Shown: positions 18,001 through 20,860 of the stretch, in pieces
Position numbering within the stretch: the first letter of the stretch is position 1
Layout: the number at the start of each line of letters is the position of its first letter
Assembly: GCA_036391815.1 (NCBI GenBank)
Contig: DASVZD010000036.1
Location: 1-36,756 of the forward strand
Origin: Rhodocyclaceae bacterium
GTDB lineage: Bacteria > Pseudomonadota > Gammaproteobacteria > Burkholderiales > Rhodocyclaceae
Length of the DNA: 36,756 nucleotides
Direction of reading: 5' to 3'
Program-made: the position numbers and the translations under genes
The notes under the pieces: generated by a model
Seen by the model: the letters and a program-made list of their open reading frames with translations, nothing else
Databases searched by the model: none
Told to the model about the DNA's origin: nothing

Positions 18001-19027
18001 CATTGGTGTAGCTCGTGTCATCGGACCACAGATGCCGCGAAACCTGCTGTCCCGCGGGCCCGGTGAGCGACCAGTAGAATGCGGACGAACTGAGGCTGTC
18101 GAACAATACCGGCGTCTCTTCCGACAGGGTGAACGTGTAATTGGCCGTCTTGCCCGCCTGGTCGATGTTGGCGGTGGTCGCGGTATTGAGCGCCAGGGGC
18201 GCGGTCGTATCCGAAACCGTCTGCAGATTGAACTGGTAGGACACCGGAGCGGTATTGCTGCCGGCACCCTCGACCAGCAGCAGGTATTCGCCGGTGCACT
18301 GGACCGAAAACGCATCTCGGTCCTGGGTCAGGTTTCCGGTGCCGCCTTCCTGGCGTCCGTACGGATCGATCAGGCGCCAGTCGGCATAGGGATACGAGCC
18401 GGTGCTTTGCAGCGCGCCGCCTTTGAAGTAGAACTTGTCGCCCGCAGTTGCCGAGAAGCGATAGACGTCGGTCTTGTTGCCGCCGTCCAGTGTTCCCGTA
18501 ACCGCCGTCCCGGGAGTGAGATCGGCGGCCGCATCGGCGTCGACCACCCGCAACGAATAGTCGCCGACGGCATCCTGGGATCCATCGACGGTGAGGACGT
18601 ACTTGCCGGGCGTCAATTCGAAGGCAGGCGAACTGGCGTTGTAATCGGTATTGCTGAAGCTGCGGCTCGTCACGGAGCCGGCTGGGCCGTCTAGCTTCCA
18701 GCTGAGATCGCTACGGTTGGTGAGACTGTCGAAGACGACTCGCCGCGACTCCTCGACGGTGAACTGGTACTGATCCTGTTCGCCCGGAACCCCGATGGTC
18801 CCGTTAACCGTGAGCGCGGCAGGATTCGCGTCGGAGAGCAGCACGCGCGGCTCGATGGGCTCGAACCGTACTGCTGCCGCCGGCGCCACTTGCGCCGGTT
18901 TCCTGGAAGGCTGCCTCGCAAGCCTGCCCAATTCGCCGAGGGCGCCGCGCATGGCGGAGACCAGCGGAGACAGCAAGGGGCTCTTGATCCGGTCGGGACG
19001 GTCGTTCCTGATCGATGACTTTCGCAT
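2..19027 (-). CDS. Giant repetitive surface/secreted protein; 19,026 nt (6,342 codons) are in the window and the C-terminus lies beyond the left edge; absent from the supplied ORF track
   Basis: ATG at 19027-19025 is preceded by GAGG at 19036-19033 (5-nt spacer). An in-frame TGA lies at 19069-19067 with no other start codon in between. Hand translation of the minus frame whose codon first bases sit at coordinates = 1 mod 3 gave continuous protein-like sequence from MRKSSIRNDRPDRIK... to ...GDFDFTGSKGFILRVSAGVDAAS at position 2. The same frame was recovered independently at 18865, 8911, 8515, 8134, 2998 and 118-2. None of the minus-strand ORFs the track lists between 1 and 19083 is in this frame (their start coordinates are all 0 or 2 mod 3), as expected for a stop-free frame. 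PPC-like, CARDB and IPT/TIG motifs recur with a regular period. Confidence 0.85.
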   Translation of the reverse strand, partial: MRKSSIRNDRPDRIKSPLLSPLVSAMRGALGELGRLARQPSRKPAQVAPAAAVRFEPIEPRVLLSDANPAALTVNGTIGVPGEQDQYQFTVEESRRVVFDSLTNRSDLSWKLDGPAGSVTSRSFSNTDYNASSPAFELTPGKYVLTVDGSQDAVGDYSLRVVDADAAADLTPGTAVTGTLDGGNKTDVYRFSATAGDKFYFKGGALQSTGSYPYADWRLIDPYGRQEGGTGNLTQDRDAFSVQCTGEYLLLVEGAGSNTAPVSYQFNLQTVSDTTAPLALNTATTANIDQAGKTANYTFTLSEETPVLFDSLSSSAFYWSLTGPAGQQVSRHLWSDDTSYTNGFERFLLPAGDYTLSVDASYATTGSYGFRLLTAAGAQDLASGAEVSATLDNARGSQLYKVSLSAGDKVYFDGRAVAGGGVNWRLIDPFGTKLASQALMTAVDPVTVQATGDYWLVIDGSEANAADAAVSYRFALNKVPDVLQSITADGTEADGNIDTAGQAIVYSFTLAASTQLAFDSLSNRSDLQWSLSGPRGTEVSDRRFDQSEGTGVGILPLPAGNYRLTVRGKGSATGSFAFRLLDFGSAAGITTDVPVTGTLSPGNGSLAYRLTAAAGDKIAFQSNSVNGGSATWRLIDRYGRDVAGSNNLASARAAFVLTTGGDYTLLIEGALANTAAVEFSVQFNASGNQAPTPLPAGDALAFGTLASGTMAAWDATKTYRFTLTADSLLVMDTQNQNGSSAIWTLVGPRGTEVDQRQLYTSDASYSNPVLALPAGDYALTVKGSSNTYFWNSGAYSFRLLDASAFSSLMLGQQVTATRTPSNATLGYRFEATAGSNLVLNWSDSGYSSLWTLIDPFGRAVTGVNGDSYGTTYGIGASGTYTLINEGYYYASGSTNVTFTLSEQDRSIAPLVFDDQLSGTLAGRQSLAEYDFTLDRTTSLVFDSLDTTGGNNNVQWMLRGPKGTVAGWSTATSASILGALPPGKYSLVLRNAKDTAVDYRFRVLDRDAAVALIPGEAVNDSLPAGEARLYRFNGNAGEHYYFDGQNYYYGTNELCYCKIVDPYGRLVFSNSTSNDTTDFALQATGEYLMLVYPASSYYSQAGAGRTAKFNLLLKPSTNAVLTLGQDMSGTTTRPAESVKYSFTLTAPAQILVDGWDGAGFSWSLSGPRGSEASGNSLSNSPRLFRLPAGNYEFTVAADSLNFGSFHFRITDLASIVAVPLNTAAHMSLASNDRSQAYLRFDLAENGQLAFDAGGVNPYSSWRVYDALGQVQASGNLYNLNRLNLLAGTYYLVYCGGTVDQPDFDLAVRTYSSKSAALPLGQRIDDQLDQPAQENTYSFDISARTIVMFESLGSDPDLVWQLTGPSGSVSSGSFASNDIRMALSTAGHYALKVSSQSFSAKPFAFRMIDVASAAQALPVGASTVTLEPADRTRIFGFDVAAGQYFSYKFGTLAASASVSCVLLDSSGNYVGSFDSRYDYTRSLAAGHYHLILSADISSTSAVDLGLTVAVSGNHERDLAFGTDAVGSIDAQGLSDTWNFTLNASRRVVFDALSGTGVSWSLLNAAGTTLRSGDMRSPAIFDLGAGDYRLAVTGAGYTVPGAYGFRLLDAADAADLAESVASPGTLPETHAAALYRLSAAAGTSWFISAETAASGGRLWVFDSNGGLVGAPAMPASALEIPTLSQDKDYIVVVDNSIDNAGAIDYTLTATRATEITESAALGDILAATIDTPNTFRSYRLNLAGNARFVISNAGSDAGMRWRLTPVGSVPAGWQNLSDSGFYSDAQYVAGGEYTLTFASGNPAATAFRVQLLDLDAATTLDPAGASAVLADGRDAIAYAFDLASSQRVTVDLATADPAQLSWALYRDGYRLQSVDAGIARDTDDLEAGHYVLVLYGRGAEGQSVDYSLVLQPIGAASMSLGDVVTTAFPATGDCLDFEFSLPSPTQVMFDALAGSPNFRYEIYDPFSQWTVASGYFTADTQYGTRLIGLDARTYRLRIFRPDTSAQAATAEDVAFRLMSLDQAETGPTDVGVPLTGTLVRGSESVARRFDAVAGDKISVTLDSVQGGDIAWRLLDSANNLVGWYGWEGNSNIRVTQSGRYTLLVDGDVGNTGPVDYQFTVSVQPPVDTRPPGDTLELGSAPIDAIIPPGGLTYRFTLAQATLVTVSGDTGYIYTPWRIQGLEDEMATGSIYEPGIYANSCFLAAGDYAISFENSNSSDIDASLRIEDGLHASVVSPEADIVTTGPRLFAVNLDAGQTLFYRSPGEGSWDIYGPNGNYAGGAYSNEQNYGSFAAPIAGTYYITLSRDYTACANGTSLELRQFTEQVQELTLGTTVTGTPDQLHSVSYTFSVTEGRPFLFDISRTQGWVPWSLTRDGEPVSDGYWAQTGFDWGGDSILYLDAGNYCLTTRDYEYDLTVVDLTQAEDAILGGQTAVTVAPGTCVVRRVGGQIGDSFLYAPESVNGSGNWQLLDESGNFIAGDDIGNNSACLDLPYTGSYYLVWSANPGESTAPVDYSFTLDVTAPPPAVAIPALGEPVTGTLADDGTARFSLHLEADTQIYVDALNLSSASDWQVFDNAGTFVLAGNTDSPSINRLAAGDYVLRFMGTPFSGEEVSFRVMDVQASVTAAAGDVAGTLAAGNAAIYQCTISEGQSLVFDPADFGGMTGRYAVLDANGAQRYLGYAFDTPAAVRGLPAGDYYLVLDAAADSPAASANIQFRFGGVSASAPVAMTIATGIADALDEDGTRRFSFDTDGPGLFWLEVQSGFAGTWYVEDAQGSVIASGGGNHTDGGLIRIAAAGSYTLSIAANMLPPAGNRDLALRLFDFAAAAVSISMDVRTEGTLDSASRVAVYSFDASATDVFRFISSAIDSSGVVWRLYSPSGSQILSGDASVTGGLYSLSPYGSGRYYLVIDGSASASSTIHYAFTAGTNRIALDTLYSGYASYYSPATYPIHLDQPALLVFDALKTGSFSYADYYLYWTLTGSDGQVFGTQTLYQNDPIRMLPAGDYTLKLYSNYYWYSPAYQFRIQTRTGMESVTPGTTVSGTLNPGSATKLYRLDATAGETYYFRGLQSISGAWRLFDPDGNQIFNGYSLTDQNAITLAKTGSYILSIEGSNSVTTAQSYSFAVVKPVDMGTVALNATVSDSVPGGTLRRFNLHLDQDGVLVFDSLGSNSNVNWRLEGANGVVFDRAMTSYSNTDYGMALAAGDYSLILKVSGTGTSPYSFRVLDRSGATPIVPGTPVTASVTPVNGARLFTFDAVAGERYYFDVLSSLSFDSNSTPYWSLLDPLGQRIFGSTDTGYFNYESYMLDPATGTYRYRYKLYGYDQEPAALSKTGTYTLVLEGANSRTASMPPLTFNVVKVPNNPPVVLDSLLIRPAPDLAINNVTLDPAAGLQSGQQLTIGWVEENRGQVATATNWNDRIIVRNLDTGKLVANITVPYDAAQDGAIGSGESRTRSAAIRLPDGSNAVGRLSFTIMADADNLIRESNLTGTAEGNNAMTVEATVELAPYADLVAEDFVLAPAGDYQPGETVSVSWNTANRGNVAVAAPWSERLEVRNLSTNALVASVAMRDDLTDGALAAGATRQRSTSFAWPTGVDASGRFSIRVVLDAAGEIAEANSSGTGESNDIVEALRDVGPDLQIRNLQLVTTDLQAGGFVTIQWEDWNLGASATGMGFDDRVTVRNLGSNAVLLDTSVPYDPALQNNGPILPGQSRQRSFTFRLPDGLRGTGDIGITVSADQNAGGVSVLHETNLTNDAEKNNTASVAGTAAGRSYADLRTGSVGGDVAGVGGEPVNVSWTVANNGQADATGDWNDQIIFSTDTTIGNADDVVIGTVRHTGGLAQGASYAQTTSVRVPMRSAGRYYLAVKTDSGAEVVEPDTRADNVSGAHAIDLAEAYSDLNTLSVTAPEAAMSGENVLVTWVVRNDGNATTDLALWNDRVILSTDPVPSGDDIVIAGSITHAGLLSPGQSYTGKATITLPRDLQGQFYVIVDTNSNRSVNEKGLTANNATATPVAMRVGLAPTPDLTVSAVTGSTMLRPGDTASVTYTLANNGAAAAVAPWRDRIYIDRGASGLYEIASVFNTDNLDVGATQQRTVNVAIPTWFWEGDFRWVVRTDTDNAVFERNAEDNNQGSSTDVVRISRTDLAVTDVRADALVQSGTTVHVEWTIANQGGTATANWVDQVFLSKGGTLKKVADVAHSGPLASGDSYVASADVAIPLDYSGDYEIVVVTDAGQVINDHDRTNNRSTKALSVDLAPYADLTVTSIVAPTQVIDDPAPLDVSWTVMNQGTGAGRTGSWTDRIVLSRDDTYGNGDDWVIGEYRHDGGLAAGDSYTRNVQVLLPPATVGRYKMFVVTDAKSEVFENGLEANDIARVAHDVDVMAIPYADLQVQSVTADAAAASGRPLHVTWSVINDGIGITNSAEWTDTVWLSRNPDGKDVVKQLGSFDHIGQLAVGDGYTRSADVLLPDGIEGDYYVNVRTGGPFEFIFTDNDTNRTVAVPVTLSKSPDLAVESVTLPASAQEGSVIDVSWTVVNQGEAAASGVWVDSVWLVPASGVGSPVSLGSFSYDRGLESGIRYSRTEQVRLPAKIEGLYRIKVVTNANLGGSGNQVYEHGAARSNNALLSADVTQVNLNDRPDLRVGTVTAPDHVIAGGSASVNYTIINQGAAATSGRWTDKVFLSLDATLSADDRLVGQFGNGSALAPTESYANESASVDIPITYRGDAYLIVVADGNYNVDEYPNEANNVKAAHIYVDPVPFSDLVTSDVVAPDQAIHGSSIEVRYKVANLGSATTRGIAANTNSWTDSVWLTRDRTRPSPGKGDVMIGQVTHTGNLAIGEDYLGTMQVTIPDGTLSGNYYITVWSDTYDAILEDTLATNLNPDDPHQTDNNNYKARPISVLGLTPPDLAVTEVTAPATANGGDGSYSFSYTVQNRGDVFSGAWTDSYYVSDNPDLSKAKLYWLIGSCTQNRTMANGERYTVTQTVALDPAVHGAYLVVKTDANSNVRETDESNNAGNAGSIVTAHPADLVVTSVETQPENFSGEDTTITWTVTNQGEAVWAGTRGWVDSIFISTDPTFIPDRATALGAVVHSNAEGLGAGASYTASAKVKLPPGTDGLYYIYILTDSEHSYGALSGSPNKRISREYVTSDGTLDRAGFYSASAYEGFRNDNNVSRGDLNITYREPDLQVNNISVSDPTPHSGETVTVTWTVTNYGTRETRTNTWFDGIYLSRDASLDNADYPLVDRGSEVEGKLRVSLVSLYENNKPKYLKPGESYTQSETFTLPESISGDFNIIVKTDTSTTKSYYGYVSSTVRDGLDVLDNNPNFDSVKEFKDEGNNVKSIALPITLATPPDLQVSQVTAADSVIAGQAFTVNYTVVNSGGATPSDQSSWYDLVYLSKDRFLDVSQDRYLGYIQHNGGLAANGSYGGTLTVTAPRDLEGPYYVFVVTDPARTWGTGEYGRVREFGKEQNNATTAAQPIVVQTPPPADLKVTGATLPASANVGDDIRIDYTITNDSINPAYGRWTDAIYLSSDNAWDLGDVLLGKVDHIGDLGAHGSYTGSLTVKLPPVKDGNWRIIVRPDLYNDVFEGKISYTATGLNLPPGEANNRTASGDAMQVHVPVLTVGSPLATTLVAGQSRLYKLSVAAGETLRVLLDSSAESGSNEVYIRYGDIPTAYAYDAAYSNPVAADQEAVIPSTQAGDYYVLVRARQGAETPVTIRADLAPLSITQVTPDQGGTGDDAHRWVTLDIYGTHFKAGALVKLSRPGIYEVEPDRWQVLDATHIRAVFDMRKLPHGLYDVSVANPDGQVVTEANRYLVERGIEADVTIGVGGLRNIGPGDNDTFSVSLQSLTNVDTPYVRFDYGVSNMGYNTDLIEGLNLPYVVFGTNLGGRPAGVTTDTAGNTQTYGQTPTSMSRTDIPWAKLDGVDNTSGFDLAPGYAFDVAANGYVGMTFNVQTYPGLAEWMAYDFPGLRDKLYALHPEWKAQGLLDGGPQDLDNISAGLTAKFLSTDPETHLTKKEALAEAFQFNIVGAATPITRDEFIADQTAHAKQLRQAILADATAPSSLAVLAADEGQWVNGWLGALELAGLLRPVDQAPPIRENPEVLSLNATLATGILLSKSGESYQTQADLLGFFAKVQQWYGDTAKYAGDPNAAKVATDHMETRTTSDGESVEVPVPVMADPAAFDQNATHDTHFLNFDVFAGGQAEMEYLRHIGLLDAEFNPLPAASLNLTQYLQQAAQQNVDSQAVIAVRAPQGAAAADGSAYVPAATALPYKLSFNNPSQQPAGQLRIVTQLDANLDPRSVRLTDLKLGDINVHIPAGRANSQGDFDFTGSKGFILRVSAGVDAAS
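1600..2197 (-). other. Domains inside the giant CDS: a single PPC-like domain (about 2197-1890) followed by an IPT/TIG Ig-like domain (about 1882-1600)
   Basis: Translated: LTVGSPLATTLVAGQSRLYKLSVAAGETLRVLLDS...GDYYVLVRARQGAETPVTIRADL, then ITQVTPDQGGTGDDAHRWVTLDIYGTHFKAGALVKLSRPG...THIRAVFDMRKLPHGLYDVSVANPDGQVVTEANRYLV. Family assignment is by remembered motif pattern only. Confidence 0.5.
2225..8911 (-). repeat. Protein-level tandem array of 17 CARDB-type domains (about 120-165 aa each) inside the giant CDS
   Basis: Each unit opens with [PAST]DL.V. Exact positions: PDLAINNV at 8911, ADLVAEDF at 8515, PDLQIRNL at 8134. Further units start at about 7720, 7350, 6975, 6615, 6270, 5885, 5525, 5140, 4760, 4335, 3965, 3495, 2998 and 2590. 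Each continues G....V.W.V.N.G...A...W.D.V.LS.D ... G..Y......LP....G.Y.I.V..D....V.E.....NN, the pattern I associate with Pfam CARDB. Counted by hand; boundaries are approximate. Confidence 0.65.
8960..18817 (-). repeat. Protein-level tandem array of about 16 A/B di-domain units (about 32 PPC-like, pre-peptidase C-terminal-type beta-sandwich domains of ~103 aa) inside the giant CDS
   Basis: A-type example: GTIGVPGEQDQYQFTVEESRRVVFDSL..SWKLDGPAG..GKYVLTVDG..YSLRVVDA. B-type example: GTLDGGNKTDVYRFSATAGDKFYF..DWRLIDPYG..GEYLLLVEG..YQFNLQ. The B-type W.LIDP.G codons recur near 18370, 17750, 17125, 16470 and 15850 (period about 625-650 nt). The A/B alternation held through all 16 pairs read by hand. 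The units are diverged at DNA level. Confidence 0.65.
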
Positions 19028-19112
19028 GACAGCCTCATATATAGAAGTCGCAAGAATGCCTCGGCCTCATGGCCGGCAACCAATTGCAGATAAATCGCTT
19101 ACCGCCGGACGG

Positions 19113-20063
19113 TCAGTTCTTGGGCCGGACAGGGTCATGCGTCGAATCGACGAGGCCGGGGAAAGCCGCCCGGCACTTCACGCCGGCCGGAATATCCAGC
19201 TTCGGATTCGGCATTTCTAGGAGAACGACGAAGGTGCCGCTTGCTGCATCGATCAGCCGATCGATGCTTTTGAGCTTCGCGACATACCTCCCGTTCGCGG
19301 GAATCTCCGGCGACACATCGACCTGGGTGCCGATGGAGAGTTTGCCGAAAATCGTCTTCGGCAATATGACGTGGACACGGAGTGGATCGAGCTGAGCCAG
19401 TTTGAGGATGGCTTTCTTGTTGCCCCCGGGCTCCACCACCTCGCCGGGGTAGGCGAGCTGGTCGACCACCACGCCGTCGAAGGGGCTGCGCAAGGTACGC
19501 AAGCCGAGCAGCGCGCTTTGCTGCTGGAATTCGATGCGGGCAATCTGGCGGTTCTCCTGGGCAACCTGGAGTTCGGATTCAGCCAGGCGGTGCTCGACCT
19601 CGGCATCGTCGCTGTCCTGAACTGCCATGAGCTTTTCGCTCGCCAATTGGCGGCGGCGCTCGAACTTCCGCTTGGAAAACTCGATCTTGTTCTCGGCCGT
19701 GTGGATCGGCCCCACCTGTTCCGACTTATACCTAGCAAGCTCGGCGGCAGCGTGTTCCGCCCGGGATTCGAGCTGCGCGACAGTCTGTCCCTTGGAAACG
19801 CGATCGCCCCGCTTCACGGAAACCCGGTCGAGGAGCCCGGTCACGGGACTGCCCAGTTCGACCATCTGAGTGGGCTCGATGAGGCAGTCGAAGGTAGCTC
19901 CGGCATGCGACGGGAACGGCATCGCCGCCAATCCGAAGGCAGCGGCGGCCGCCCGCCAATTTCGAAGGTGGGCGCGGCAATGAAGCACTGGGCGACGAAG
20001 AACAAGGGGAAGCGCGGCCGTGGAAGCGCCGGTGGGCAAACTGGCAAGGCTCTGCAACGACAT
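19113..20063 (-). CDS. HlyD-family / efflux-type periplasmic adaptor (membrane fusion protein); start uncertain
   Basis: Track ORF 19113..20084. Lipoyl-like hairpin VELGSPVTGLLDRVSVKRGDRVSKGQTVAQLES; an alpha-helical hairpin of about 80 aa (AELARYKSEQ...QIARIEFQQ); LRSPFDGVVVDQ beta-barrel motif; N-terminal hydrophobic anchor or signal WRAAAAAFGLAAMPFPSHA. The track start at 20084 is TTG. The first ATG is at 20063 (its GGGGAG is directly adjacent, which is poor spacing); GTG at 19987 is also possible. Confidence 0.75.
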   Translation of the reverse strand: MSLQSLASLPTGASTAALPLVLRRPVLHCRAHLRNWRAAAAAFGLAAMPFPSHAGATFDCLIEPTQMVELGSPVTGLLDRVSVKRGDRVSKGQTVAQLESRAEHAAAELARYKSEQVGPIHTAENKIEFSKRKFERRRQLASEKLMAVQDSDDAEVEHRLAESELQVAQENRQIARIEFQQQSALLGLRTLRSPFDGVVVDQLAYPGEVVEPGGNKKAILKLAQLDPLRVHVILPKTIFGKLSIGTQVDVSPEIPANGRYVAKLKSIDRLIDAASGTFVVLLEMPNPKLDIPAGVKCRAAFPGLVDSTHDPVRPKN

Positions 20064-20127
20064 CTCCCCTAGTCGAACCGTCAACCCGCCCCTTTGCGGG
20101 CAGTCTCAACAGCAAATGCGGGTCACG

Positions 20128-20156
20128 ATGCTAAGCGAATATGCAATGCAGATCAA
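20128..20156 (-). promoter_or_regulatory. Candidate sigma70-type promoter upstream of the adaptor and giant gene
   Basis: Minus strand reads TTGATC (20156-20151), 17 nt, TAGCAT (20133-20128). It lies in the locally AT-richest stretch between the STAS stop (20312) and the adaptor start. Pattern match only. Confidence 0.25.
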
Positions 20157-20311
20157 TCACACTAACGGAATAGGTGTATTCAAGCAGCTTCTTCTCGCGT
20201 CCCAGCATGGAACGGGCCGGCACCGTGCCGATCGCACCCGATTTCCGCAATATCGCCTAGGGCGTAGAGTTTGCGCAGTTCTCAGCGGGCCGCCGCGGCC
20301 CCCTGCACTTG

Positions 20312-20620
20312 CTAGAAATTGAACAGTCGGTCGACGGACAGTACCTTGAACAGTCTCAATACCTTGTCGTTGCAGTTCCGGACCACCATTTCCTTGCCGC
20401 GCTCCTCGCAGAACTTGTGCCACGCGACGAGGGTCCCGATACCGCAGCTGTCCACATAGTCCACCGCCGAGAGATTGAGCACGATCCGGTCCGTCGCGGG
20501 ATCGTTCAGCAGTTGCACGAAAGGCACGCGAAATTTCGCGGAACTGGTGAAGTCGAAGCTCGCGGGAAGGTCGATGTGGGCCGCTTCCGCAGAAGCCAAA
20601 GTGGGACTCGCAGCTAGCAT
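20312..20620 (-). CDS. STAS-domain protein (SpoIIAA/RsbV-like anti-sigma-factor antagonist), 102 aa
   Basis: C-terminal part of track ORF 20312..20731. The internal ATG at 20620 is preceded by GGAGG (20631-20627, 6-nt spacer). The sequence ...RIVLNLSAVDYVDSCGIGTLVAWHKFCEERGKEMVVRNCNDKVLRLFKVLSVDRLF matches the STAS pattern. Ser58 in VDSCG (codon 20449-20447) aligns with the phosphorylatable Ser of RsbV/SpoIIAA. Confidence 0.8.
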   Translation of the reverse strand: MLAASPTLASAEAAHIDLPASFDFTSSAKFRVPFVQLLNDPATDRIVLNLSAVDYVDSCGIGTLVAWHKFCEERGKEMVVRNCNDKVLRLFKVLSVDRLFNF

Positions 20621-20860
20621 GATTGGCCTCCTTGTTTGGCGCGCCGCAATACCCATGAGAGTGAGCGCGGCGAGGGTCGAAACGACAAGTCCACGATAGT
20701 GCGTTTGCCCGCTTTTGCCACTATGCCGCACACGTACGGCTTTCGGCGTAGTCCTTGCACCGATCGCGAAATCATCCGATTCCCGTCGCCGAGCACTGGC
20801 GATCGGTTCGCGAGTGGGCTACGTTGATGGTTCCCGAAGCAACGCCGGGTCGCAACGACG

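Noticed and set aside
98-18694. Long plus-strand ORFs in the track (98..2962 954 aa, 3782..5539 585 aa, 5702..6649, 7379..8188, 8861..10636 591 aa, 11108..12298, 12500..13552, 16982..18694 570 aa) and minus-strand ORFs such as 267..1166, 8328..9515 and 14922..15869
   Set aside because: They are Arg/Gly/Val/Asp- or Arg/Pro-rich with no recognisable motifs. They lie antisense to, or out of frame with, the stop-free minus frame that encodes periodic PPC/CARDB domains. These are typical shadow ORFs of high-GC coding DNA.
2225-18817. Repeat arrays as an assembly artefact, or as DNA-level tandem repeats / CRISPR-like structure
   Set aside because: Units are conserved only at motif level. While reading I noticed no long identical nucleotide stretches, and the periodicity is at protein-domain scale (about 310-650 nt) with variable lengths. 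There is no spacer/repeat organisation.
2-19027. Calling the giant protein an RTX / LapA-type type I secreted adhesin
   Set aside because: I saw no GGxGxD nonapeptide repeats, vWA or cadherin/BIg stalk in the visible 6,342 residues. The C-terminus, where such signals reside, is outside the window. No ABC transporter, TolC, LapG or LapD gene is present. It is left as an open question.
20020-20423. ORFs 20020..20322 (+, 100 aa) and 20157..20423 (-, 88 aa) in the STAS-adaptor intergenic region
   Set aside because: They have no RBS, odd composition, and overlap the ends of real genes. The region is better explained as a promoter/leader for the adaptor and giant gene.
20621-20731. N-terminal 37-codon extension of the STAS ORF (track start 20731)
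   Set aside because: The internal ATG at 20620 has a GGAGG RBS at ideal spacing. The extension adds a non-STAS, partly hydrophobic peptide. The shorter form matches the usual ~100-aa STAS size.
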